A stretch of DNA of 64,000 bases from NCBI RefSeq assembly GCF_009914755.1, contig NC_060925.1; one strand, given 5' to 3'. Below, piece after piece: positions 26,468 to 40,740 of this stretch. The notes beneath the pieces are model-generated. The model saw only the letters and a program-made list of their open reading frames with translations, did no database searches and had not been told where the DNA came from. A program made the position numbers and the translations under genes. Source of the DNA: the human T2T-CHM13v2.0 reference genome, Homo sapiens. How positions within the stretch are numbered: the stretch's first letter is position 1; each line of letters starts with the position of its first letter.

Positions 26468-26954
<487 letters not shown>

Positions 26955-27645
26955 AAGATGTACCATTTTTAAGGAACTATTAAAAAAGAAAAACTACTGC
27001 CAGTTAAACTGTGCTTTCTTATCACTTAGAATTTCTACGTTATTCTAAGTGCTGTTTTGGACTAATTTGACATAGATTTTTATCATGTCACTCACTCTAG
27101 TGTGCATACATACAAAGGAAAACATAAAAAAACTGATTAAGGGAAGAATCCAGCTTCTCAGAGTAGTGTTCAATTCAGATTGTCAACAAGCATGTTTTTC
27201 CACACAGTGTTTACTCTGCCATCAAGAACATTGATGATGGAACGCATAATATAAGATTCCATCAAGAATTGAAGGCCATTCGTTTTGGTCTCTTGAGCGT
27301 TATGTAAAACTAGTCTACTTTTGATTCCTGCTTTGGGAATATAGCTAACCTTTCATCACTTACTTCCTCCCTTCTAAACCATTTGGTTTCCATGAGTTAA
27401 AAACGTGCACCATTCCTGTCTTAGGGAGTTTCTTCCAAGCCGTGGATGCCCATTCTGCAAGTCTTGATGCTGCCACTTTTGATGTTGGTGTGCGCATTGA
27501 CGATTGCACCTGACTGCCTTAGCCCACAGAAGTCATAAGGTGCCATTGATCCTACTTCAGAGATGTTAAAATGTATTTCTTAGAATTGATGAAATATAGT
27601 ATCGTCAGCATCTTTATCTGCAGTTGAATGAATAATGGGCTTCTG

Positions 27646-27810
27646 CAGAGGCAGATTTGGCCTGAATCTGATACTAATGAAACTGTCATCTCAGGGCCCC
27701 TCACTTGCATGGACCCTTCCAAGGCTCTGTCCTTGTCATTTTGTATTATTTTTCTTAAGGCCCCCCAGATTGAATAACGTTCGTGTCCCACAAAATGTGG
27801 ATCCGCCTCC
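27646..27810 (-). mobile_element. MER53-like hAT MITE
   Basis: 'cagaggcagattt...cagggcccctcacttgcatggacccttccaagg...cacaaaatgtggatccgcc'. Confidence 0.6.
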
Positions 27811-27921
27811 AAGCCTCGATCCTCATTGCTCTTTCCTCTCATGTCTTCCTGCCCTCATTTCTCTCATTTTACCCAGAGAATTTTACCCACAGCCCTCCCC
27901 TTCTGTCTCCCTCTCCTCCAG

Positions 27922-28148
27922 GGTCCCAGCCATTCCGGTGCTTGTACTGTGCTGCTACTTTCCGTTTTCCTGGAGCATTGCAGCACCATGTCACCACGGA
28001 GCACTTCAAGCAGTCAGAGACCACCTTCCCCTGTGAGCTCTGTGGGGAACTCTTCACCTCCCAGGCCCAGCTTGACAGTCACCTGGAATCTGAGCACCCA
28101 AAGGTGATGAGCACGGAAACCCAGGCCGCAGCCTCACAGATGGCGCAG
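27922..28148 (+). CDS. ZBTB40: ZBTB40 coding exon (exon 17), 227 nt, phase 1->0; last two C2H2 fingers
   Basis: ctcctccag| acceptor, CAG|gtgatt donor; CLYC and CELC fingers. Confidence 0.96.
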
Positions 28149-29905
28149 GTGATTCTGGGGCCATCAGCTACATTAGAATGCTAATGCATGGTTCCTAAGG
28201 CTTCTCTAGAGGTGGCTCTGTCATAGTACCCAGAGATACTCTTTGGGGATCTTGTAGAGAGTCTCTCTGGACTTCTTACAAAACAGAACAGAAAATTCTA
28301 GTCTCCTGGTGGCCACATGGGAAGTGGCCCTTAGGTAGAGGGAGCCTGGAACAATAATTTCCAAAAGAGGAACAGCTTGGTTCCTCCTCCCAGTGCATAC
28401 GTCCCTGCCTCCTGAGAAACACCGTGGGGTGTGGTGAGAACTGCGGGAAACCTCGGAGACAGAGGAACACTTTGTTGGGCAGGGACTGCCTGCAGTTGAA
28501 GTGCTTGGAGAGCGCCTCTGGGCAGGACACAGTACACACTTGCACACACCTGGGCCTCTCACCTTTACCTGGGCAAAAAAACCACCTCTTCTTGATGCTT
28601 CAGGGCTAAGCTTGATCCAGCTTCCCTTTGCTTCCCAGATCCTCTTTTACTCTTCTTCCCATCTTCTCCAGAGAGGGTGGGCAGAAAAGGAAAATAAATT
28701 CAGGTCCATCCATCGTCAGTAATTTGTGGGTGGGTTGGAGAGGAACCATAAACTGATTGAGGTTTTGGTCTGTTAGACTGTCCCGCTGTCCAGTTCCAGA
28801 TCAGTCATTTATAAACCAGGTTCTTACAGGCCTCTGGGGAACAGAGGGGAAGTCAGGTAGGCAGGACTCCCGCCAACACTCTGCTGTCATATCAACCAAA
28901 GGTGCTCTGCTTTTATCTTTTTTGTATATTATGGTTCTTGATAATATGTCCTTTGGGGAAAAGGTGGGGCTGGGGCGTCCATTTCTAAAAGAAAAAGAAA
29001 GAAAAGCAGTTTGAAAACTACTATCCTGGATCATTGTTGATTGAACATCACAGTTGATCTCTTCTCTCCTGTAGCACGGAGAAGTAGCTGGGCTTGGCTT
29101 CCTCACTTGTTCCTGCTCTCTGCTCTTCACTGATTCTCAAGAGCAAGGTGGCTGTGGCCTCTAGTTTAAAAATATCAAGGGCATCTAGCTCTTCTGGGAT
29201 CTATGGGTTAGAAACATCAACTGGGAGGCTTAGGCGGGAATTGGATATGCCTAACCACAGACTCATTCTCTCTCAGTTGGAAAGGTGGTCTCTAACAGAT
29301 TATGCAGATTTGGAAGGGACATAGGTGGGCTGTGGAGGAGAGAAGGGGGCACTGGCCCCGCCAGGCTGGTGAGCTGAATGAATGCGTGGAGTCACAGTTC
29401 ATCCAGTCTTCCTCCTAAGCTCGGTCACTGTGTGGCCTCCTGGGAAGGCTGTGAGCCTGCGAGAGGTCCAGAGAGGCTGCCCCGGGCCCACCTGGGCCTG
29501 TGGTGGATCAATCCCATTCCCATGTTCCAGGCATGAGACCAGCTGGCTTCAGTGGCATTCCTCTCACATGGCACTCACCTCTGCAGTGTCATCCCAAGAC
29601 AGGAAAGCCCAGTGTGAAAAACAGAGCCAGTGTTCGCTGGTGTATAATCATAGAGTCCGGGCGCCCCGAGATGGCGTACTGAGCAAAATTATAGCAATTT
29701 AGTGCACAGTTATTTAAATTGTTTGCTGGCCTTCTCTTTTGCATCGCCAGTGAGTTAGACTTGCCTCTTCCCATTAGGCACATGTAAGTGCTCTCCTCAG
29801 GTGAAAACATAAATATCATCATTACAGCATGAGATGAAAACCATGTAAATCAGGGAGCCAACTGTGAACACTGCCCAGAGCAGCCTCACGGTCTTTCTCT
29901 TTCAG

Positions 29906-30100
29906 GTGATCCAAACCCCAGAGCCGGTGGCCCCGACAGAGCAGGTGATCACTTTGGAGGAGACCCAGCTTGCCGGGTCGCAGGTGTTTGTGACGTTGCC
30001 AGATTCTCAGGCATCTCAGGCCAGCTCTGAGCTCGTGGCGGTGACTGTGGAGGACTTGCTGGATGGCACAGTGACGCTGATCTGTGGTGAGGCCAAATGA
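29906..30100 (+). CDS. ZBTB40: ZBTB40 last coding exon (exon 18), VIQTPEP...ICGEAK*
   Basis: ctctttcag| acceptor; TGA at 30098-30100; the 15 exons sum to 2889 nt in one frame. Confidence 0.96.
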   Translation: MIQTPEPVAPTEQVITLEETQLAGSQVFVTLPDSQASQASSELVAVTVEDLLDGTVTLICGEAK

Positions 30101-32242
30101 GCAGCCTTTCATCCGGCAGAGCCTTCCTGCGTTTGCAGCAGAGAGGAGGCCCCACAGCTTGCCCTTTGCCCTCCATCCCTGGCTGTCCTGAGTGGTGAGC
30201 ATCTTAGCTTAGCACCAACCAACACAGTCTCACCTAGAAAACAGATGGAAGCTTCGTTGTTCTCATAGAACCAACAGCATCTGAGCCCTCAACACCAACA
30301 GCACCATCCTCTGTAGCAGACAGGCCTCCCTCCCCACAGGCCCGCTGCTGCGGCCTCTATGACACTGTCCATCCCCAAGTGACATGTGGCTTCAGAAGTA
30401 GAGTCTGAAAGAGCAGTGGGATGGGAGCTGGTGACCAGGGTACCCCAGGAGGCATGATGTGCCGACAGCGCTCAGTGGGCAGAATGGCAGTTAGATATGG
30501 GACTTGGCCCACAGTGGGGGCTGCAAATGCTGCCACTGCCTCTGGCCATTTAAAGTGAGAGGGGCACCAACAGACAATTCGGGGACCTTAGGCCCCTTCC
30601 TGAGGCACACTTGGCCCCTTCCTCGGTCCTATCATCCTACCCTCTGCTGGGGTTCCCCCTCCACCCAGTGGCCACGCCCAGCACCCTATTGATGGCTATA
30701 GGACAGGTAGCCCTCATTTCCATGCCTGATAACCCCTTGTCAGTTGTCAGCTCTTCCCAAAACAAAGCTCTGGAGTTTCTGCTGGAAGTGTTTAATGTGA
30801 GGCATCAGCTGCTAGACAGTGTCTGCCTTTCCAGGACATTCTTCTTGGTATTCCTTACCTGAAGCCTGGTTCCCACAGCTCTTCCGTGTCATCTTCATCC
30901 CCTTCCTTTAATCAAAGGCTGAAATCTCTGCCTGACCTGGCAGCCTGGCTCCCTCTGGGTCATATGGTGCAGACTGTGACCAGCACCAGGCAGGCAGTCC
31001 TGTCTGCGTGTGGAGGAGCAGCCGTGACTGCCCGTGGCTCTGCTGCCGCCCACTCCCTGCCTTGTGAGTGGCCTGCTGCCTCACCTCCCGCAGGCCGCCA
31101 CACTTATTGCAGGTCAGTGATCCTTTGGAGTTTGAATTTCACAAAGCTTTTTTTATCTTCAGTTCCTAAAATATAATCTGATAATTAATGGTTTGTGGAA
31201 TCCATTATGAAGTGCAATTAGATAGATGTAGGTTCCTGCCGTTTGGAGAGAATGACTAGCATTTATCTTCTTTTCCTTCCATGCCAAAGGTTGGAGTCTG
31301 CTGGTGCGGTGTTTACACACCAGGCAGGGCTGTCTGCCACCTTGTGTGGCTTGACCCCCTGTGGAGGGGAGTGCCTGGTTGGATCCCACACTGGCAGAGA
31401 TGGGGCCACCCCTTCCTTCCAGGCACATCTCACATTGCCATGTACAGAGGCAGGAGTCACGTTTGGTCACCATGGAAGCTTTTATTGCTCCCACATGGTC
31501 AGGTCTCACCCTGCTTGAAGCGCAGAAGGCACAGCCTTACTGACCAGCACGCCCACTGACTGGCATCTGCCGGCTTTGTGCAGGCAGCCCCGACGGTTTC
31601 CACAGCGAGCGCCAGCTCCGGCCAGCCTGGGACAGCTCATCCCAGCCGACTACACCTGCTTCTGGTCCTGTCCACATTTTGATACGCAGATCACTTGAGC
31701 TTGTCAATTAGGGTTCTGCCATTCTGAAATAAATGAAGTTTCTAAAGCAGAGTCGGCCTCAGAAGCCAAAAACTGACCAGAAGATGGTGCTCAAACCTTT
31801 AAGACTTCATCTCCATGTGAAGGGCTCACTGTTTCTACCAAGGCTGTGCCTGTATTAAGGCTTTTCCGTCCTGGGAACTGTCAGTCTGGGAGAGCTCTTG
31901 ATCTGCAGGTGGCAAAATGGCACTGAATATCCCCTTGGCAGCAGAGAAAACCCACTGAAAGATCGTAGAGTGGCACATGCTTACAGGGCATTGGTGCCAA
32001 GTCCAGTGGATGAGAATCCAGCCCCTCACAAGCTGTGGGATGGGGCTTGGGAGTTGCAGTGAATGTCATTAAAATTTCTTCCAAAACAAAACTAGAAATA
32101 ATTGCTGAGGGCTTATAGGGAAGTGATTTAAAAAGAAAAAACAAACAACAACAAAAAAAACTCTTCGGAATAAAGAGGGCTGTAAATTTTGAATTCCAGT
32201 GTCAGATCCTTTCAAGCACTGAGAAATTCTTTCTCAGGTTTC

Positions 32243-32540
32243 TTTTTTTGGGGGAGACAGGGTCTTGCTCTGTCACCCAGACTGGAACACAGTGGCACGA
32301 TCTTGGCTCACTGCAACCTCTGCGGGCTCACGCAATCCTCCTGCCACAGCTTCCCAAGTAGCTGGGACCACAGGCGTGAGCCACCACTGCTGGCCAGTTT
32401 TTGTATTTTTTTTTTTTTTTTGTAGAGACAGGGTCTCGCCATGTTGCCCAGGCTGGTTTAAAACTCCTGAGCTCAAGCAGTTCTCCCACCTGGGCCTCCC
32501 AAAGTGCTAGGATTACAGACATGAGCCACTACGCCTGGCC
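32243..32540 (-). mobile_element. AluJ-like, antisense, within the 3' UTR
   Basis: 'gagacagggtcttgctctgtc', 'ctcaagcagttctcccacc' AluJ-type text; TSD caggtttct. Confidence 0.88.
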
Positions 32541-34837
32541 AGGTTTCTGTTGGAGACCCAGATTGTGACAAGACATTTGTTTTCTTCGGAATCACCAGAT
32601 TTGCAGCTTACTGTGCCGAGAGTGGACTGGCTGCCGGGGCCCATCAGATGCCCTCTGGCCCATGGCACACTCAGCAGAAGGCACAAACCCAGTGCTGGTT
32701 CTCATCAAGAAAGAGGGGAAGGCCCTTCCCGAGTTTACTGTCTGCTCTGAGTGGGCTCCGCACTGGCTGACTGATTTTATAGTCTTGCTCTCTAGAGAAG
32801 CCCAGGCATGGATCTTATAGGAAAACTTTCTGACTCTGCTTGGCCATTTTATCCTTTTCTCCTACTTCTGCCCAAGAGACCTGAATTGCTGCCATAGAGG
32901 ACAGTGTTTGTGTGGTCTCCTGAGTCCACATCGCTCGCTTCCATGGGGTCCCGGTGTTGTTTTTGCCTCGTTCCCCATAGGCTGCTGCCCTTATGGCCTC
33001 TGGACTGAACTCTGGGGCCTTTGGGGTGGTGTGAAGGAGTCTGTGGGCTTCTTGGAACACATGGATCTGTTCGGTGGGTCCCCAGACCTCTGCTCCCAGA
33101 GCTCATGGCCCAGGTGGTGAGGAGGGAAAGGCAGTCAGATTCCAGGCTGGAGTGTGATTCTGTGGGAATACTGGGGTCAGTTATGGAACAGGACTTGCCC
33201 ATCATAGGTAAGTGAGACAGCAAATAGATGATTCAAGAGCAAGGATTACTGCGGGAAGGTGAGACTCCTACTGTCCACGCGCATGAGCAGAACCTGGAAC
33301 CAGAGGGGCAGGGACCAGGGGTCTTTACTCATTTATTTTATGGGTAAAGAGACATGAAGAGACAGCCTCTCTCTTCTGTCTCAGAAGCTCTGTGTTTGGG
33401 AAACTTTGAGCCCAGTGAGTAGCAGGGTCTGCAGTGTGAGTACCAGGTTTCCCTGGCAATCCAGGTCTCCTCTGAGGAAGCATTCTGACTTCCCACTGAC
33501 CACGGAAGGCATGTCAGCTTCATGCCTCGGGCTAGAGTTCTGATAATCGGGGCTGAGGGGTGAAAAGAAATCCAGTCAGACAGACAGTGGGGAGACAGGT
33601 CCCTGCCCTTTATTTGCGGGATCAATCAGGGACTCCCAGAAAGGAAGGAGAATGGTGAGAAGGGCCCTAAGAGTTCGTCTCTCACCTGGGGGCTGGTGAC
33701 GTGGTCACCACAAGCTGAAGACAGGCTAATGGGGTGGCGGGTGTGTGTTTAAACCTCACGTGCCTGGAAGCTGCACATTGACCAAAGGAGGGAGGGAAGT
33801 GCTAACCATGTACAGAGTGGGCAGGCGGTTCCAGGGAGACAAGCAGCATGTTATTAAATTGGGCCTAGGCAGTTGGACGATAATGGAGAAAAAGCAGGGA
33901 TGCTATAATGAGTCCTCCCCAAGGGTGAGTTCAGCACCCCAGCCCTGTTCTGCTTGTATCCCAGTGATACTTGGGAGGTAGGAAGAAAATGGGAGTAAGA
34001 GAACAATTTGGGGCTGAAGGGAGTGTCAGAGGCACGTTGATCCTTGTTTTGTTGTCATGGAAACTTCGGGGCTGGTGGGACTTAGGCCAAAAGCTCAGAG
34101 GCACAGCCAAAATTTAGAAGCTTGCTACTCCTACGACTCGGCCTATAAGGAAGAGAGAAGCTGTCTGTACTTTGGGGACTACATTGCTGAAGGAAAAAAA
34201 TCACTCCCTGGCTAATTAAGATTGCTTCCAAATTGGGGGAATGTGTGTCATTTCCTTTACCAAGGCCAGTCATCCCTGCTTCCACCCATGGTCAGGACAG
34301 TCAGCCACTACGTGATGCTGTATAAATTGGATTACAAACCATATTCTTGTTCAGCTTGCACTAATCTATATAAATAAAATATGTACTTTGAAAAAAATTA
34401 GGCTACATGAGTTTCAAATGGACTGTGATGTTATAGACCTGCTTTCTCTTTGGTTCTGGGCCAGTGTCAGACGGGGACAGGGGTGATAGGCCTGGTGTCC
34501 TAGGGGCCATTTGTGTACCTTGAGGCCGTGTTAACATGGCCTGGGGGAAAGAAAGCTCTCCTGTCACTTGGAGTCTCATTCCTAAACCCTCCTTCCCAGG
34601 GAGCAAGTGTGGGGCAGGGTTTCAGAGCACAGGCTTTGGTGTCCAGCCTGGGTACATCCAGCTGTCCCGCTGTCTAACTGACATTGTGTGAGATGCTTAC
34701 TCTCTCTGAGCTCCCTCCTCCTGGCTCCCAACTTTATTATAAAATGGGGAAAATGATTGTGCTTGCCCTACAGAATTGTAGTATGAATTAAAAGTCTGGA
34801 TTTAATGTATTTAATATAGAAAATTTTAGCTTTTATT

Positions 34838-34843
34838 AATAAA
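34838..34843 (+). terminator. Probable distal polyadenylation signal of ZBTB40
   Basis: AATAAA in U-rich context; further AATAAA at 31728, 32169 and 34373. Confidence 0.7.
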
Positions 34844-35747
34844 AGTTTTTGGCATACAAGTCAACTATTCCCTGCATTCTCTGGCACTAAAGAGAATGTT
34901 CATTCCTGTATCTTTATGTAGTCTTTTTCCTCTCTGAAGCCTTAAGGGATCCTTATAACACCCACTTTTCATTTATCTCTTGAATCTCAACTGCCCCGAA
35001 AGTACAAAGTGCTGAGCAGATAGCTGTAAAATAAACTAAACCTTTCTTGGTGAACAGCTGAAAATGTCACATTGCTGGCAGCCAACAAGGAAACAAGAGC
35101 AGGAGACCCGGATGGGATGTACATGAGTTCTGCAGGAAGCACCCAGTGTTTAAGACGAGGGGAGGGGCATCAGATCCCGCAGCCCTGACGCTGTAGAGAG
35201 CAGAGGAGTTGGGGAGGTTCTATGCTCACTCCTCCTGGGACAGTTCTGGAGGAGCACAGATGGACCCTTGTTCAGAGTCCGCAAGTGTGTTTAGGAAGGA
35301 ATGCTGCCCTGCCTAAGTGCTGTCTTTGGAGAGCAGGGCTGGAGCTGCCTATGTCATATTTTGGGCAGTAGTCCTGAGAGTGTCCCAGCCAGCTGCAGTG
35401 GGTAATTGTAACATACAGTTGGGCCCCAGCCACATTTGAAGGTATGCAGAGGTGAAGTGCTGCTGCAGGTCGGGTGGGATTGAGCAGAGCTAGGAAGTGG
35501 GCCGAGGGGTTCCCTCAGTGATCTTCTGGGCCAAGGTGGCTGGCTGGAAGGAGCTGAGCAGCATGGTGGAAAAGACATGGGCTTGGGAGCTTCCTAGCTC
35601 CACGTCTTACTAGACAGATGACCTTGGGCGAGTTTTTCCTGACAGTGACTATGAGAAGAAAGTTAACATTTGTAAAATATCTGACAGAGTATAGACGCTT
35701 CGTAGATGATGGCTGTTCGTGTTTATAATATTTTAGAAGGGCCTGGA

Positions 35748-35810
35748 GGAAGAGCTGGGGCAGAGGACAGCTGGAAAGGAAGAGCTGGGGCGGAGGACAG
35801 CTGGAAAGGA
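35748..35810 (+). repeat. 30-bp tandem duplication (2 copies, 1 mismatch)
   Basis: ggaagagctggggc(a/g)gaggacagctggaaa x2. Confidence 0.9.
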
Positions 35811-37894
35811 GGTACCTAATGTGTCCTTAGATAACAGGGTCTGAAACCCAGTGCAAGGGTCTCCAAAACCAGGGTAAGAGGAGGCATAAACCCAGAGACC
35901 CCAGCCCAGGCCAGAGTGAACAGTGGTACGAGGGGAACAGGATCTCCCGGGTTGGAACAGGGGCTCTCAGCTCTTTGGCACTGCAGCAGAGGGGTCGCAT
36001 CTGAGTAAAGGCAGAAACCTGGGAATGTTGGGTGGGGACACATCCAGTGAGAGCAAAGGAAATGGAAAAACTAAGTCTGCAGTGATTTTTGGCTTCTCTG
36101 CCTCTTTAGTGTTCACTGTCTATCCTTTTCTCCATGGGCTTATGCTCAGGATATGTTTGGAGTGAAAGGTTAAAGGGGCTCTGGCACCATGCAGAGGTGT
36201 CCTAGACCAGGGTCTTTACTCTTCATTAAGAGATGAAGAGGTTATAAGGACGTGGACATAGAAACCAAGTTCATGTTCTCGAGAATGTTCTGCAGGCTTT
36301 TCTTCGTGCATCTGTCCTGCCTTTTGGCCTTTCACCAGGGCAGGTGTAGGTCCCATGCCCACCAAGACCTCTGTATCTCCTCCGCATACTCAGACTGGGC
36401 AGTACTCAGTGGATGCTTAGCAGATGCTGCCGACTGCTGGAGACAGGGACTCTGACCTTGGGCTCTCTCTTCCGAGGGGTAGAGGAGCTGCTTCCTATTC
36501 TGCAGCTCTGCACCACATGTTCAGTATGAGCTGTTTCTAGCCAGTCGTGGAATACGCTATTATTCCATCTACTCTCCATCCACCTCATGTCTGCAACCTT
36601 GTGAGGCAGAGCCAGCACTTGGCGGGGTTGCGTGTGCTGCTAGAATCCTGAGCTCCATCGTGGAGAAAGAACTTCCCCCAGCTTTCCCTGTCACTCCCTA
36701 AATCTGTATTCTGCGATGTCCCAAATCCATCCACTACACGATTGAAACCCTAGGTATGCAGTTGTGTATTTGGTGCCTTAATCCTCACACAGCTTCATCT
36801 CATTTGAGATTCTAACCAGTATGAGGACAGGGACCACATCCTATTTACTGCCCTCGTTTCTCTGAGAGTTAGGAGTGCTGTGTTGGGCACACAGAGGCTC
36901 TGCCAGAACCAAGTGGTACCCCTCTTGCTTACCTTCATTTCTCGGCTCAGGGAGAACCCAACTTCCACATTTTACTCTGGTCATTGAGGCTGTACCCCAA
37001 GTTACCCGTGGGCTGGTCTGTCAGAACATCCTCCTCTCTTTGTCCTCTGAGGAGAGATTAGCAGAAGGCTAAGAGCAGCCAGCCAGGCCCCACCACTCCC
37101 AGCTGCTCTGATCAAACACCATTCCTGCCGCTTCTTCTAGCTCTGGCTCCCCCGGCGCAGGCCAGAAACAGCTGATCAAACACATCAGGACAAGGTCAGT
37201 CCAGGGACCCACGGTCCCCTCCAGGGGAGATTTCACAGCCCTGCCATCAGGAGGGTCTGATAAAAATGGGCAGGGGGCGGGGAAGGGGGCCTGTGGGGCT
37301 GGCACAGGACCAAACAGCTTTTCATTTTGTTTAAGGTTGAAACCCCTGTGCTCCACACAGGGTCCACACCAAGCCAGCATTTCCAGAAAGGCAGAGCTGG
37401 AGCTGAGGAGACGGGAGCTGTGTGTGCACGTATGAGTATGTGGGGGTGAGAGAGATGTCAAGAGCACATGTGGGTTTGGGAGCATGGGATTATTAGATTG
37501 TCACAGGATGACTTAAGATCCTCCCCCGCTAAACTGCGACCCCTTCAAGGGCAAGGACTGTGCATTATCCTCGTTCTCTCTCTTACATGCACATGTGTGT
37601 ACCCAGCAGTTAGCCTGGCACATCAGGTGCCTGATTGCACAGGTATGTTAGACCTGAAGTTCTGGGACTCGGTGAGGTCCTGTTACCGGGCTAAAATGGT
37701 GCCTGGCTCCCGCTCCTACAGGACTCATCAGCCAGGTAAGGATTATATATGAATGAGAAACAGATACCAAAACACCCATGTCTGTCCAGACTCAAGATCT
37801 AAAGATCCCAGCGCCTACAAATTCTGTGGGGGTTTTGGTTAGTTGGTTGATTGGTTGGTCTTTTTCATGGGTAGGGGAAGGAAGGGGAGGATTA

Positions 37895-38234
<340 letters not shown>

Positions 38235-38284
38235 TTATTACATGCTTACCACACATTAGACACTGGATGAAGAGCTTTTTGTAA

Positions 38285-38584
<300 letters not shown>

Positions 38585-39419
38585 CAGTAATTCTTATTTC
38601 TTAGAATTCTAGCACCAACTCCACAATGTAGGTGCTATTATTATCCCTGCATTACAGATGAGGAAACCAACACCAGAGAGGTGAAGTCGCTATGTAGCTA
38701 GAGAGCAGCATAGCTGGGGTCCAAACCCAGCTGTCTGACTCCAGAGTCTGCTCTTAAATCGCTTGCTATTTTTAAGCATTTCTTGTTTAATACCTAATCA
38801 GCCAGAAAATGTGGCTTATCCCCACTTCCTATGCCTTAAGCAGCCTTGCTGTCACACCTGGACTGTTGTCATAGAGCCAAGGACTCTCCACCTGCTTTCT
38901 CTCCTTTCCCGTCCCCTCTGTCCATCCTGCCTGAGACAGCCAGGCAGGCCTAAAACTGCTTTTATCAGCCAGAAATGTGTCCAGGAGCAAAGGGTCATGT
39001 CCTTTGCCTTGCGTGGGATCAGTGGCCTGGGTCCTGTCACTTTTTTGGACCCCATGCTCTTCAGTCTCACCGGTCCTCAGTTGACACTTGACAGCTCACT
39101 TGGGGCTCTTCCTTGAGATGCAGGACAGCCAGAGATCCTGGCACTGAGGAGACATGTCTCGTATAAGCAGGTAAGCAGCAGAATCGGGAGTAGGTCTGGG
39201 CTCTTCGGAGACCTGAGACCTGCGCTCCTCCCACTGCTGCAGTGGCACTGTGGAGCCTGCCTGGAACAAGCCCCTCCAGCCCAGGGGGCACACAGTCAAT
39301 GCAGGGGGCGCATAGTCAATGCAGGGGGCTTCCTGGACCTCATGCTTCCCAACGGCTTGGGCCATGTGGCCCCAGTGGAGTTGGTTTCTTGGTCTGGCAT
39401 CAGCAGAATGGGTTGTCTT

Positions 39420-39773
39420 TTGTTTTTTAACTTTAAGTTCAGGGATCCAAGTGTAGGTTTGTTACATAGGTAAACTCATGTCACAGAAATGGGTTGTACA
39501 GATTATTTCATCACCCAGGCATTAAGCCCTAGTACCTATGAGTTATTTTTCCTGATCCTCTCCCTCCTCCCACCCTGCACCCTCCAAAAGGCCCCAGTGT
39601 GTGTTGTACCCTCTATGTGTCCATGTGCTCTCATCATTTAGCTCCCACTAACAAGTGAGAACATGTGGTATTTATTTGGTTTTCTGTTCCTGTGTTAGTT
39701 TGCTAAGGATGATGGTCTCCAGCTCCATCCATGTCCCTGCAAACGACATGATCTCATTCTTTTTTATGGCTGA
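39420..39773 (-). mobile_element. L1PA/L1PB 3' end, antisense
   Basis: 'tttaagttcaggg...gtttgttacatagg...tttgctaaggatgatggtctccagctccatccatgtccctgcaaa'; flanks 'tgggt(t/c)gtctt' duplicated. Confidence 0.85.
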
Positions 39774-40605
39774 GGAGTGGGTCGTCTTACCCATATGGTG
39801 TCCCCATTTCTGTCCCAACCAGCGGTCAGTTGACTTGGAGCAGCAGAGGCCTCACCTGGTAGGAGTAGGGCTGTGGGGCAGGTGGAGCACGGAAAGAGAG
39901 GAGGCGGCAGATGCGTGACCCCCCTGGCCTGCCCTCCCTTTTGCATGGATAATGGTAGTCCCATAATGCCTTATTCTGGAATCACACTCTGCTATTTTTA
40001 GATACTTTCATATACATTATTTCTTTTGATCCTTACAGTCACATGAAAGTTTAGGTATCTTTATTGTTACCTCTTTTTACAGTAAAGGGATTCAGACAGT
40101 ACAAGACCTCAGCCTTAGACGCAAGGCTCCTCCGCTAGTGAGAGGTGGAATTGGAGTCCAGGTTTTTGACACAGAACGCAGGATTTTCTCCACCTCGCTG
40201 TGTTGCCTGTTACACCTCCCTGTGTTTCACAGCACTTTCAGTCATTTACATGCTTGGTTCTGGCAGCAGTGCTCTGAGGCTGGAGGGGCGCAGATGATTA
40301 TTTTGCAGATGAAGAAATCGAGGTTTCAGGACAGTTGGTTGTTCCATCACATGGTGAGTCAGTAGCAGAACTGCAGTGAGAACAGCTGGACCCAGCATTA
40401 CATCCACTTGGCAAGGAGAAGTGCCTCTTAGGCCAGGCAAGTGAGGAGACTCAAGTCCAAGTCCTAGCAGCAGGGATGGGTGAGAGCCGCCATTTGTTGA
40501 CTTCTGCCCTGGGCCAGAGCGTGTGTACCTCATCCCCAACGCAGGTGCCACACCCACAGTCACTGGCCGGTAGGACTCTCTGTGATGGCGACAGTGGTCC
40601 ATTCT

Positions 40606-40740
40606 GCACTGTCCAGTGTGGGAGCCACTAGTCATGTGTGACTGTGGGGCACTTGAAATGTGTCTAGTGCACCTGAGGAACCATAGTTTTAATTTAAATA
40701 GTCCCATGTAGCTTCGTGGCTGCTGTTATTGGACAGCGTA
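40606..40740. mobile_element. MER3-like hAT MITE
   Basis: 'gcactgtcca...gccactagtcatgtgtgact...gcacttgaaatgtg...ttggacagcg' with inverted termini. Confidence 0.65.

Larger units (their letters stand above)
30101..34860 (+). other. ZBTB40: ZBTB40 3' UTR (~4.8 kb; 3' end inferred)
   Basis: Follows the stop; ends after an AT-rich stretch with AATAAA at 34838-34843; agrees with the long mRNA I recall for this gene. Confidence 0.7.

Noticed and set aside
28146-29910. Last intron flanked by direct repeat CAGGTGAT, suggesting intron gain by duplication
   Set aside because: CAG|GT is simply the splice consensus at both ends; three extra matching bases can be chance
35748-35810. 30-bp direct repeat as CRISPR-like or functional array
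   Set aside because: Only two adjacent copies with no spacer, in mammalian DNA; simple slippage duplication
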